64,000 nt of DNA from Candidatus Omnitrophota bacterium. Its GTDB lineage: Bacteria > Omnitrophota > Gorgyraeia > Gygaellales > Profunditerraquicolaceae. The stretch lies in the NCBI GenBank assembly GCA_017992455.1, contig JAGOOP010000003.1, positions 2,696 to 66,695 on the forward strand, in the 5' to 3' direction. Of the stretch, positions 12,929 through 20,616 are shown piece by piece. Positions within the stretch are counted from its first letter, which is position 1. Every line of letters starts with the position of its first letter. A program made the position numbers and the translations under genes. Under the pieces are notes generated by a model, which worked only from the letters and a program-made list of their open reading frames with translations, made no database searches and was not told the DNA's origin.

Positions 12929-13788
12929 AGATCATGGAACATAGAGCGCTTGGCAAGGGCCTGAATGCTTTGATACCGGAATCGCCGCAGGAAAAGGGAT
13001 CGCGCGTTTTAACGTTAAGCGTTACTCAGATCAAGCCAAATCCGTTTCAGCCAAGAGAGAATTTCAGCCAGGAAGAAATGGCTGAGCTGGTCGGTTCGAT
13101 CAGGGAAAAGGGTGTTATACAGCCCGTGCTTGTCAGGGCGCGGCCTGACGGTTATGAGTTGATCGCAGGAGAGCGCAGACTGCGCGCTGCCCGGATGCTT
13201 AATATGCAGGAGATCCCGGCGATCATAAAAGATGTTGATGACAAGGATTCTCTGGAGCTGGCATTGATCGAGAATATTCAGCGGCAGAACCTGAACGCGA
13301 TCGAAGAAGCGCGCGCATACCAGTATCTCATTGACAAATATCAGATGACCCAGGATGAGCTGAGCCAGGTCATGGGCAGGGCGCGCGTATCGGTAACGAA
13401 TGTGCTTCGTTTGCTCAAGCTTCCCAGGGAGATACAGGACGAGATCAAGAGCGGCCGCATTTCATTCGGCCACGGCAGGGCATTGCTTGAAGTGAACGAT
13501 GAGAACAGGCAGAGATTTTTGACGCAGATAGCCATTTCTAAGTCGTTGTCTGTAAGAGAGTTAGAGAGTCTTATCAAGAATTTACGGCCGCGCAAAAACA
13601 AGCTTACCGTGAAGATGGGCACTGTTGATCCGGTAGTGGCTGTGCTTGAGACCCAGCTGCAGCAGGCCCTGGCGACAAAGGTGAAGATCGTCAAAAGGAA
13701 AAAAAGGGGCCACATCGTTATCGAGTTTTATTCCCAGGAGGACCTGGAGCGCATCGTTGACAAACTACGAGGAGAAACGAACACATGA
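12925..13788 (+). CDS. parB: Chromosome partitioning protein ParB/Spo0J
   Basis: 287 aa. ParB box IKPNPFQPRENF, GVIQPVLVR, ELIAGERRLRAA and HTH region MTQDELSQVMGRARVSVTNVLRLLKLP. Confidence 0.93.
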   Translation: MKIMEHRALGKGLNALIPESPQEKGSRVLTLSVTQIKPNPFQPRENFSQEEMAELVGSIREKGVIQPVLVRARPDGYELIAGERRLRAARMLNMQEIPAIIKDVDDKDSLELALIENIQRQNLNAIEEARAYQYLIDKYQMTQDELSQVMGRARVSVTNVLRLLKLPREIQDEIKSGRISFGHGRALLEVNDENRQRFLTQIAISKSLSVRELESLIKNLRPRKNKLTVKMGTVDPVVAVLETQLQQALATKVKIVKRKKRGHIVIEFYSQEDLERIVDKLRGETNT

Positions 13789-14288
13789 TGCAGTCAGTGC
13801 TTATTCTTATTAAACCCGATGGCTTGAAAAAATCCCTGACCGGCAATATCCTGACGCGGCTTTCGGAGACGAAGCTGGAGATCGTCGCGGCAAAAATGGT
13901 CCGCGTGACCGATACATTGGCGCAAGAGCATTACTGCCATCTCAAGGACAAGCCGTTCTTCCCCGAGCTGATCGAATATCTGAAGGGCGAACTGCACGAC
14001 AGGAAGAAGGTCATGGCCCTGGTGTACTGGGGAAGGGATGCGATCAAGAAATGCCGCGAGATGGCGGGCGCGACCAATCCCGAAGAGGCGGATCCCACGT
14101 CGATCAGGGGCTCATACGGCAGGATCACGACCAAGGGTCTGTACGAGAACGTGATCCATGTTTCGTCGAATGAGGATGAGGCACAGCGCGAGATCAGGCT
14201 GTGGTTTTCCCCCGACGAGATCATCGTCGACCTGTATCCGGTGAAGAACGAAGTCAAAAAAGAAGTCCATATAAAAAGCTGGGCATAA
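13785..14288 (+). CDS. ndk: Nucleoside diphosphate kinase
   Basis: 167 aa. SVLILIKPDG, HYCHLKDKPFFPELIEYL, GATNPEEADPTSIRGSYG and NVIHVSSNEDEAQREIRLWF match the NDK fold motifs (active-site His in NVIHVS). Confidence 0.85.
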   Translation: MMQSVLILIKPDGLKKSLTGNILTRLSETKLEIVAAKMVRVTDTLAQEHYCHLKDKPFFPELIEYLKGELHDRKKVMALVYWGRDAIKKCREMAGATNPEEADPTSIRGSYGRITTKGLYENVIHVSSNEDEAQREIRLWFSPDEIIVDLYPVKNEVKKEVHIKSWA

Positions 14289-14302
14289 ACCAAGGGGCGC
14301 AC

Positions 14303-15130
14303 ATGATCCAGAGCATGACAGGGTTCGGCAGAAGCGAACAGAAAATAGAACCGTTCGGGCTTATCACCGTCGAGATCCGCAGTATCAATCACAAGTTCCT
14401 TGAGACGGTGGTGCATGTGCCCGAGGGGTTCCTGTCGCTCGAGGACAAGATCAAGAAGGAGATCGAGTCGCGGGTCCAGCGCGGCAGGATCACCTGCGTG
14501 GTCACCGTGTCGGGCGGGTCCGGCCGCGACGTCGTGATCAACGAGCGGCTGTTGAAAAAATACCTCGCATCGATCAAATCGATCAGCGGCAAATACCATA
14601 TCGCAGGCGCGGTGAATATCAATAATCTCATCAACATGCCCGGGGTCCTGTCCCTGACCGAGAACCGCAAGCCCGTGCTGAAGATCCTGCCGCAGATCAA
14701 GGCGCTCGTCGCAAAAGCCGTGTCGGAGCTGATACGCATGCGCCGGCAAGAAGGCCAGGCGATCGTCAAGTTTTTGTGTGAGCGCAATGACCAGATCGCA
14801 GGCGATATCGCGATGGTAAAGGACCGTTTCGTCAAGGTCGTCAAGCAGAAAGCGGCGAAATTTCCGACGGATTCGGAGCGCACCGCGTTCCTGAAGGAAT
14901 CCGATATCAACGAGGAGCTCGAGCGCATCGAGTATCATGTGCATAATTTCAAGAGCAAGCTGTCATTAAGCGGCCCGGTGGGCAAGGAGCTCGACTTTAT
15001 TTCCCAGGAGATGCAGCGCGAGGCCAATACCATGGGCGCCAAGTCATGCGACGCGCTTATCTCCGGCAGGGTCGTGCAGATCAAAAGCAGTATTGAAAAA
15101 ACGCGCGAGCAGCTGCAGAATATCGTGTAG
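14303..15130 (+). CDS. yicC: YicC-family stress-induced endoribonuclease
   Basis: Starts MIQSMTGFGRSE at ATG 14303. The ORF-track start at 14201 overlaps ndk. The C-terminus FISQEMQREANTMGAKS...VVQIKSSIEKTREQLQNI is the YicC C-terminal signature. Confidence 0.85.
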   Translation: MIQSMTGFGRSEQKIEPFGLITVEIRSINHKFLETVVHVPEGFLSLEDKIKKEIESRVQRGRITCVVTVSGGSGRDVVINERLLKKYLASIKSISGKYHIAGAVNINNLINMPGVLSLTENRKPVLKILPQIKALVAKAVSELIRMRRQEGQAIVKFLCERNDQIAGDIAMVKDRFVKVVKQKAAKFPTDSERTAFLKESDINEELERIEYHVHNFKSKLSLSGPVGKELDFISQEMQREANTMGAKSCDALISGRVVQIKSSIEKTREQLQNIV

Positions 15131-15749
15131 CGGTGTCGCAAAAAACAGGGGCGCATTGAAAGCACAGGGCGCGATCATCGTATTATCCGGGCCTTCGGGT
15201 TCGGGCAAGACCACGCTGGCGGAAATGCTCGTGCGGCATGCCGCGCTCAGGAAGAAATTGTGCCGGTCGATCTCGGTCACCACGCGGCCCCGCCGCACCG
15301 GCGAGCGGCACGGGCGCGATTATTTTTTCATAAGCGAAGCGGAGTTTTTGCGCAGGCGCCGGGCGAAAAAAATCCTTGAATGGACCAGGTATTTGGGTTA
15401 TTATTACGGGACAGATAAGGATCTCGTCGAAGCGCGGCTCGAGCGGTTCGCGGGGATCGTGCTCTGTCTGGACGTTAACGGCGCGCTGCGGGTCAAACGG
15501 ATGTTCCCGTCGCGCGCGGTCATCATTTTTATACTGCCGCCGTCGCTGGGGGAACTGTCCCGCAGGATACGGGCCCGCGCCGCTTCCACCACTGAGGCGG
15601 AGATCGGCCGGCGGCTTGCCGTTGCGCAGGACGAGCTTAAAGCGGCGCGCGGATACGATTTTCGGGTGAAAAACAAGGATCTGAAAAAGGCGATCAGCAG
15701 CCTGGTCAGGATCGTCAGGCGCGCAATGGCTGAAAACGACGGGAAATAG
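15093..15749 (+). CDS. gmk: Guanylate kinase
   Basis: P-loop IIVLSGPSGSGKTTL, then SVTTRPRRTGERHGRDYFFIS and YYYGT. The true start may be TTG at 15156; the ATG at 15093 overlaps yicC by 38 nt. Confidence 0.88.
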   Translation: MKKRASSCRISCSGVAKNRGALKAQGAIIVLSGPSGSGKTTLAEMLVRHAALRKKLCRSISVTTRPRRTGERHGRDYFFISEAEFLRRRRAKKILEWTRYLGYYYGTDKDLVEARLERFAGIVLCLDVNGALRVKRMFPSRAVIIFILPPSLGELSRRIRARAASTTEAEIGRRLAVAQDELKAARGYDFRVKNKDLKKAISSLVRIVRRAMAENDGK

Positions 15750-15765
15750 CTAAGGAGAAAGAGGA

Positions 15766-15984
15766 ATGGCGCATATGGCTTTGGAGAAACTGCTGGATAA
15801 AACCGAGGGGTCGGTATATAAATTGGTCGTTCTTGCGTCCCGGCGCGCATTGGAGCTTGCCGAGGGGCAGCCAAAGCTGGTGGAGGGGTCCTCAACAGCC
15901 ACGAAACCGTCGATCATCGCCCTGCAGGAGATCGGAGCGAACAAGCTGCTTGCGAAGGCGAAGGAACACGATGCCAAAAAATAA
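15766..15984 (+). CDS. rpoZ: DNA-directed RNA polymerase omega subunit
   Basis: 72 aa. SVYKLVVLASRRALELAEG is the RpoZ core, in the usual position after gmk. Confidence 0.85.
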   Translation: MAHMALEKLLDKTEGSVYKLVVLASRRALELAEGQPKLVEGSSTATKPSIIALQEIGANKLLAKAKEHDAKK

Positions 15985-16513
15985 ACAGGTCGTTCTCGGC
16001 GTTACGGCCAGCGTCGCCATTTACAAGGCGTGCGAGATCGTGCGCAGGCTTCAGGACGCGGGCATGAGCGTGACCGTGGTCATGACCGGGGACGCGAAGC
16101 AATTCATACAGCCGCGGCTGTTCGAGGCGGTGTCGGGGAACAAAGCGTATAGCGCGATGTTCGAGGAAGCGGTCGAATGGGATATCGAACACGTTTCGCT
16201 GGCGCAAAAAGCGGACCTTGTGCTTATCGCGCCGGCAACGGCGAACGTCATCGCAAAAATAGCGGCGGGTATCTGCGACGATCTTTTGACGTGCGTCGTG
16301 TGCGCGACTGAAGCGCCGGTCCTGATCTGCCCGGCGATGAACGACCGGATGTACCTGAACAAGATCACGCAGGCGAACATAGAGAAGCTGCAGAAGCTGG
16401 GATACTGTTTTGTGCAGCCCAGAAAAGGCAATCTTGCCTGCGGCAAAGCCGGAATCGGCTGCTTGGCTGAGGTCGAAGCCATTGTCAAGGAAGCCCGGCG
16501 GCTTCTTGCATAA
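15971..16513 (+). CDS. coaC: Phosphopantothenoylcysteine decarboxylase-type flavoprotein (CoaC domain only)
   Basis: Starts MPKNKQVVLGVTASVAIYKACEIVRRL at ATG 15971. LIAPATANVIAKIAAGICDDLLT and CPAMNDRMY are flavoprotein (CoaC) motifs. At ~180 aa it has no CoaB domain. Confidence 0.8.
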   Translation: MPKNKQVVLGVTASVAIYKACEIVRRLQDAGMSVTVVMTGDAKQFIQPRLFEAVSGNKAYSAMFEEAVEWDIEHVSLAQKADLVLIAPATANVIAKIAAGICDDLLTCVVCATEAPVLICPAMNDRMYLNKITQANIEKLQKLGYCFVQPRKGNLACGKAGIGCLAEVEAIVKEARRLLA

Positions 16514-16521
16514 TTAGATTT

Positions 16522-16596
16522 GGCGACGTAGCCAAGTGGTAAGGCAACTGTCTGCAAAACAGTTATTCAGCGGTTCGAGTCCGCTCGTCGCCTCCA
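16522..16596 (+). tRNA. tRNA-Cys (anticodon GCA), CCA encoded
   Basis: GGCGACGTAGCCAAGTGGTAAGGCAACTGTCTGCAAAACAGTTATTCAGCGGTTCGAGTCCGCTCGTCGCCTCCA. Acceptor GGCGACG/CGTCGCC, anticodon loop CTGCAAA, T arm AGCGG-TTCGAGT-CCGCT. Confidence 0.92.
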
Positions 16597-16620
16597 GATA
16601 GCATTGTCGGGAAACACAAT

Positions 16621-17292
16621 ATGCCCAGGGCATATAAAGAGTTACGCCTGACAGGTTCTAATCTTTGGTATGTTGTAGGTCTTATTACCACAGATGGTTG
16701 TTTGTCAAACGATCATCGGCATATTGATATTACGTCGAAGGATTATCAGCTGCTCAAAGCAGTTAAATCCGCCGCCTCTTTGACAAATAAAATAACGGAT
16801 AAGTATAACGGCCGTGGACAAAAGTCCTATCGTATCGGGCTTGCAAATCGAAAATTCTATGATTTCTTGCTTTCCGTAGGACTGATGACGAATAAATCGT
16901 TGATTCTCGGTCCCATTGACGTTCCGCGCGAATATTTTGCCGATTTTTTAAGGGGCGTAATAGACGGAGATGGCTGCATACGCACATGGATACACCCGAC
17001 AAATCATGGCAAGCAATGGAGCCTGCGGGTTTATTCCGGGTCCCGAAGATTCCTTCTGTGGCTGAGAGATATGGTCACGCAGCAATTCAGCGTCACGGGC
17101 AGTATGCATGTAAATGATACCAAAGCCAATCCCTGTTGGATCCTTAAATACGGGAAAATGGCTGCTCGTGAAATATGCCGTCGATGCTATTATCCTCGGT
17201 GCATTGGTTTGAACAGAAAGATCGTCTTGGCAGGAAAGTGTGTTAACGCGCGTTTTGGCTGGGGGAGAAGCAAGACGGTTTTGAACCATTAA
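16621..17292 (+). CDS. Double-motif LAGLIDADG homing-endonuclease-family protein (free-standing, inside a tRNA cluster)
   Basis: 223 aa with two LAGLIDADG motifs about 100 residues apart, WYVVGLITTDGCL and FLRGVIDGDGCI. The gene lies 24 nt after tRNA-Cys and 7 nt before tRNA-Leu, and is AT-richer than the surroundings. Confidence 0.8.
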   Translation: MPRAYKELRLTGSNLWYVVGLITTDGCLSNDHRHIDITSKDYQLLKAVKSAASLTNKITDKYNGRGQKSYRIGLANRKFYDFLLSVGLMTNKSLILGPIDVPREYFADFLRGVIDGDGCIRTWIHPTNHGKQWSLRVYSGSRRFLLWLRDMVTQQFSVTGSMHVNDTKANPCWILKYGKMAAREICRRCYYPRCIGLNRKIVLAGKCVNARFGWGRSKTVLNH

Positions 17293-17299
17293 TAAACTT

Positions 17300-17383
17300 G
17301 CCGAGGTGTTGGAACTGGCAGACAATGTGGACTTAAAATCCACCGTCCGCAAGGGCATGAGGGTTCGACTCCCTCCCTCGGCA
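17300..17383 (+). tRNA. tRNA-Leu (anticodon UAA)
   Basis: GCCGAGGTGTTGGAACTGGCAGACAATGTGGACTTAAAATCCACCGTCCGCAAGGGCATGAGGGTTCGACTCCCTCCCTCGGCA. It has a long variable arm, anticodon loop CTTAAAA and acceptor GCCGAGG/CCTCGGC, with no intron. Confidence 0.92.
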
Positions 17384-17405
17384 CATTGACAATCATAGTA
17401 GATAC

Positions 17406-17501
17406 GGGCTCATAGCTCAGCCCCGCGCAAAAAGCGCGCGGGACTCCTCGGGATGCACAGCGCATCCCTCGTCGTTGGTTTAAAGGAGTTCGCTATGAGC
17501 T
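17406..17501 (+). ncRNA. Candidate structured RNA unit 1 (begins with the tRNA-Val 5' 15 nt)
   Basis: The closing helix AGCTCATAGC / GCTATGAGCT joins the two ends. Internal hairpins are CCCGCGC-loop-GCGCGGG and GGGATGC-ACAGC-GCATCCC. A further helix, ACTCCT / AGGAGT, encloses the second hairpin. Confidence 0.45.
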
Positions 17502-17522
17502 ATTGACAATTACAGCAGATAC

Positions 17523-17615
17523 GGGCTCATAGCTCAGCCCCGCGCCTTTGGCGCGGGACTCCTCGGGATGCCGGCGCATCCCTCGTCGTTGGTTTTAAGG
17601 AGTTCGCTATGAGCT
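17523..17615 (+). ncRNA. Candidate structured RNA unit 2 (paralog of unit 1)
   Basis: It has the same helices as unit 1. The visible differences fall in or at the two hairpin loops: unit 1 has AAAAA between GC-rich arms where unit 2 has TTT between an 8-bp stem, and ACAGC in unit 1 is CGGC in unit 2. Confidence 0.45.
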
Positions 17616-17636
17616 ATTGACAATTACAGTAGATAC

Positions 17637-17713
17637 GGGCTCATAGCTCAGTTGGTTAGAGCGTTTCCTTGACATGGAAAAGGCCGGAGGTTCAAGTCCT
17701 CCTGGGCCCACCA
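17637..17713 (+). tRNA. tRNA-Val (anticodon GAC), CCA encoded
   Basis: GGGCTCATAGCTCAGTTGGTTAGAGCGTTTCCTTGACATGGAAAAGGCCGGAGGTTCAAGTCCTCCTGGGCCCACCA. D stem GCTC/GAGC, anticodon loop TTGACAT, T arm GGAGG-TTCAAGT-CCTCC. Confidence 0.92.
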
Positions 17714-17724
17714 TATTTTTAGAT

Positions 17725-19446
17725 ATGAACCTCGATACACTCAGACATTCATGCTCGCACGTGATGGCCGTGGCGGTCAAACAGCTCTGGCCGGGCGCCA
17801 AAGTCGCGATCGGCCCGTCCATCGAGGACGGGTTTTATTACGATTTCGACAAGAAAGAGCCGTTTACCGACGATGACCTTGCCCGGATCGAAGAGCGCAT
17901 GGCAGAGATCATCAAAAAGAACGAGTCCTTCGTGCGCGAGGATCTGTCGAAAAAAGACGCGATCGATCTGTTCACGAAACTCGGCGAGGATTACAAGGTC
18001 GAGCTGATCAGGGCTATTCCCGACGAGACAGTGTCGATTTACCGGACCGGCCCTGATTTCGTGGACCTGTGCCGCGGCCCGCATATCGCTTCGACCGGCC
18101 AGATCAAGGCGTTCAAATTATTGTCGGTCGCAGGCGCGTACTGGCACGGCATCGAGACCAATCCCATGCTCCAGCGCATCTACGGGACCTGTTTTGAGAC
18201 GAAGCCTGAGCTCGATCAACATCTTAAATCGCTCGAAGAAGCAAAACTGCGGGACCACCGCAAGCTCGGCCCCGGATTGGAGCTCTTTGATATTTATCAG
18301 GATATCGCAGGCCCGGGCCTGGTGTTCTATCATCCCAAAGGCGCGCTCGTGCGCAAGCTGATCGAGGATTATGAAAAGGCCGAGCATCTCAAGCGCGGAT
18401 ACCAGCTCGTCGTGACCCCGCATATCATGCAGGCGGAACTGTGGATGACCTCCGGCCATTACGATTATTACAAAGAGAACATGTACACGTTCAAGATCGA
18501 GGACCGGGAATTCGTCCTCAAGCCCATGAACTGCCCGGGCCATATCCTGATATATAAATCGAAGATACGCAGTTACAAAGATCTGCCGATCCGGCTGTTC
18601 GAGCTCGGCACCGTGTACCGCCACGAAAAAGCCGGCGTCATGCACGGATTGCTGCGCGTGCGCGGCTTTACGCAGGACGACGCGCACATATTCTGCCTGC
18701 CGGCGCAGGTCCGCGACGAGATCAAGGCAGCGGTCGGATTCGTGTTCGATACCATGAAGGTGTTCGGATTCGAGCATATGGATATCGAGTTGAGCACACG
18801 GCCGGCGAAATCGATCGGGTCCGACGAGGATTGGAACACGGCAACGGCGGCGCTCGAGGATTCGCTCAAAGGCCTCGGCCTGGCATATGAGGTCAACGAG
18901 GGCGACGGCGCGTTTTACGGCCCCAAGATAGACATCAAATTAAAAGACGCGCTGAAACGGTCGTGGCAGTGCGCGACCATCCAGTGCGATTTCAATCTGC
19001 CCAAACGCTTTTCGCTCGAATATGTGGACGCGGACGGAACGGCGAAACAGCCGATCATGCTCCACCGCGTGCTGCTGGGCAGCGTCGAGCGGTTTACCGC
19101 CTGCCTTACCGAGCATTATGCGGGCGCGTTCCCGGTGTGGCTTGCGCCCGTGCAGGCAACGGTGATCCCGGTGAGGGAGGATTTCAGCGCGTACGGCAAA
19201 GAGGTCGTCGATGCGCTCGTGCAGGGCGGCATACGCGCGGACATGGATGCGCGCAGCGAAACGCTCAACAAGCGGATCCGCCAGGCGGAAGTCAACAAGG
19301 TTCCTTATATTCTGGTTGTGGGTGAACGCGAGCTGACGTCGAAGCAGGTATCGGTGCGCAAGCGCCGCGAAGGCGACAAAGGTTCGATGGCGCTCGATGC
19401 CTTTATCGAGCAGGTCGGCCGCGAGATTATGGACCGGGCGCAGTAA
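17725..19446 (+). CDS. thrS: Threonyl-tRNA synthetase (no N-terminal TGS domain)
   Basis: Starts MNLDTLRHSCSHVMAVAVKQLWPGAKVAIGPSIEDGFYYDFD, which is the beginning of the editing domain. Class II motifs include FVLKPMNCPGHILIY, YRHEKAGVMHGLLRVRGFTQDDAHIF and GAFYGPKID. The ORF-track start at 17674 lies inside tRNA-Val. Confidence 0.93.
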   Translation: MNLDTLRHSCSHVMAVAVKQLWPGAKVAIGPSIEDGFYYDFDKKEPFTDDDLARIEERMAEIIKKNESFVREDLSKKDAIDLFTKLGEDYKVELIRAIPDETVSIYRTGPDFVDLCRGPHIASTGQIKAFKLLSVAGAYWHGIETNPMLQRIYGTCFETKPELDQHLKSLEEAKLRDHRKLGPGLELFDIYQDIAGPGLVFYHPKGALVRKLIEDYEKAEHLKRGYQLVVTPHIMQAELWMTSGHYDYYKENMYTFKIEDREFVLKPMNCPGHILIYKSKIRSYKDLPIRLFELGTVYRHEKAGVMHGLLRVRGFTQDDAHIFCLPAQVRDEIKAAVGFVFDTMKVFGFEHMDIELSTRPAKSIGSDEDWNTATAALEDSLKGLGLAYEVNEGDGAFYGPKIDIKLKDALKRSWQCATIQCDFNLPKRFSLEYVDADGTAKQPIMLHRVLLGSVERFTACLTEHYAGAFPVWLAPVQATVIPVREDFSAYGKEVVDALVQGGIRADMDARSETLNKRIRQAEVNKVPYILVVGERELTSKQVSVRKRREGDKGSMALDAFIEQVGREIMDRAQ

Positions 19447-19519
19447 GTAGTGCGGCCAGTCCGGCGCGACGCGCCGGAAAGGCGGCGTACGTACATGCAG
19501 CCAAACAGGAGGTGGGGTT

Positions 19520-20029
19520 ATAAAAAAGTTCATTCGTGTCAACGAGCGGATCCGCGTGCCCGAGGTCCGGCTGATCGGGGCGGAAGGGAACCAGCTGGGT
19601 ATCGTTTCGACGGACAAGGCAAGGGAAATAGCGCAGCAAAGCGAGCTCGATCTCGTCGAGGTGGCGCCCCAGTCGGTCCCGCCGGTATGCAGGATCATGG
19701 ACTTCAGCAAGTTCAAGTACGACCAGGAAAAGAAAGAGCGGGAGGCCAAGAAGCATCAGAAGGCCGGCCGCATCAAGGAGATCCGCCTTCACCCCAACAT
19801 CGACGAACATGACTTTCAGATAAAGGTAAAACAGGCACTCGGTTTTATAAAAAAGAAGGACCGGGTTAAGGTCGACCTGTTTTTCAGAGGCAGGCAGATC
19901 GAGCATATGGACCTGGGCAGGAAGCTGATCGACAAATTCATCGCCGATACGCGCAACGACGCCCTGCTTGAAAAAGAGCCTTCCATGGAAGGCAGGCTGA
20001 TCACGATGATGCTCGCGCCGAAAAAATAA
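19520..20029 (+). CDS. infC: Translation initiation factor IF-3 (probable non-canonical ATA start)
   Basis: IKKFIRVNERIRVPEVRLIGAEGNQLGIVSTDKAREIAQQSELDLVEVAP...IKEIRLHPNIDEHDF is canonical IF-3. SD AGGAGG at 19507-19512 lies 7 nt before ATA at 19520. The only in-frame canonical start (GTG 19556) would remove the conserved N-terminus. Confidence 0.85.
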   Translation: MKKFIRVNERIRVPEVRLIGAEGNQLGIVSTDKAREIAQQSELDLVEVAPQSVPPVCRIMDFSKFKYDQEKKEREAKKHQKAGRIKEIRLHPNIDEHDFQIKVKQALGFIKKKDRVKVDLFFRGRQIEHMDLGRKLIDKFIADTRNDALLEKEPSMEGRLITMMLAPKK

Positions 20030-20048
20030 ACGAAAGGTAATTGCGGCT

Positions 20049-20249
20049 ATGAAGAAACTGAAGACGAAAAAAGGCGTTGCAAAACGGTTCAAACTGACGA
20101 AGAAGGGCAGGGTCAAGTTCCGCCCGTCGGGCAAAAGCCATTTGAACACGAACAAGAAAGCGGATAAGCTGCGCAGGCTGCGCCAGGCGAAAACGCTTCC
20201 CAACAAAAAGGATGAGCAGCAGCTGCGGCGCATGCTGCCTTACGGATAA
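20049..20249 (+). CDS. rpmI: 50S ribosomal protein L35
   Basis: 66 aa, MKKLKTKKGVAKRFKLTKKGRVKFRPSGKSHLNTNK. In the infC-rpmI-rplT operon order. Confidence 0.93.
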   Translation: MKKLKTKKGVAKRFKLTKKGRVKFRPSGKSHLNTNKKADKLRRLRQAKTLPNKKDEQQLRRMLPYG

Positions 20250-20260
20250 GGAGTTCGAGC

Positions 20261-20608
20261 ATGTCAAAGATCAAACACAGCGGTGCAACAAAACGAAGAA
20301 AAAAGAGGATCCTCGCGCGCGCCAAGGGCTTCAGGCTCAAGCGGTCCAAGCAGTTCCAGCACGCGCGCCGCGCGGTCATGAAGGCGCTGACCTACGCGTT
20401 CCGCGACCGCAAGAAGCGCAAGATCGAGTTCCGCGGGATATGGATCGCGCGCATCAACGCGTTGTGCAGGCAGGAAGGGATATCGTACAGCAGATTCATG
20501 GCGGGATTGAAAAAAGCAAAGGTCGCGCTTGACCGCAAGTCCCTTGCGGCGATCGCGGTATCCGATGAGCCGGTATTCAAAAAGCTCATCGAGCTCGCCA
20601 GGAAATAA
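20261..20608 (+). CDS. rplT: 50S ribosomal protein L20
   Basis: 115 aa. RRKKRILARAKGFRLKRSKQFQHARRAVMKALTYAFRDRKKRKIEFRGIWIARINA is canonical L20. Confidence 0.95.
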   Translation: MSKIKHSGATKRRKKRILARAKGFRLKRSKQFQHARRAVMKALTYAFRDRKKRKIEFRGIWIARINALCRQEGISYSRFMAGLKKAKVALDRKSLAAIAVSDEPVFKKLIELARK

Positions 20609-20616
20609 AGCGGGTC

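Larger units (their letters stand above)
17385..17636 (+). repeat. Tandem repeat (periods 117 and 114 nt) of a 21-nt leader plus the tRNA-Val 5' end
   Basis: ATTGACAAT(C/T)A(T/C)AG(T/C)AGATAC followed by GGGCTCATAGCTCAG occurs three times, with the GGGCTCATAGCTCAG starts at 17406, 17523 and 17637. Only the third copy continues as a tRNA. Confidence 0.9.

Noticed and set aside
16597-17299. Group I intron or intein context for the 223-aa LAGLIDADG ORF (and likewise for the 149-aa ORF at 11658)
   Set aside because: The non-coding flanks are only 24 and 7 nt (and the 149-aa ORF abuts parA). The neighbouring tRNAs are uninterrupted, and there are no extein-like reading frames. There is no room for an intron core.
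17387-17392. TTGACA in the repeated leader as the -35 of a promoter for each unit
   Set aside because: A -10 at 17±1 nt spacing would fall inside the GGGCTCATAGC 5' end (CTCATA, a poor match). It would start transcription downstream of the tRNA-Val 5' end, which is incompatible with producing the tRNA. The leader's role is left open.
17385-17713. Possible CRISPR array or simple tandem tRNA-Val gene triplication
   Set aside because: Repeat periods of 114-117 nt with conserved interiors do not fit CRISPR repeat/spacer geometry. Copies 1 and 2 lack an anticodon arm, a T arm and a tRNA 3' acceptor strand, so they are not tRNA genes or obvious pseudogenes of the whole tRNA.
17674-17724. Upstream extension of thrS (ORF-track start at 17674). 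Analogous extensions exist for pheS (23785), glnS (50463), dxs (35815), coaC (15833) and the first pilin (41817).
   Set aside because: The extensions overlap a tRNA, a terminator or the preceding gene, and they lack homology-like sequence. Internal ATGs coincide with the conserved N-termini of the families.
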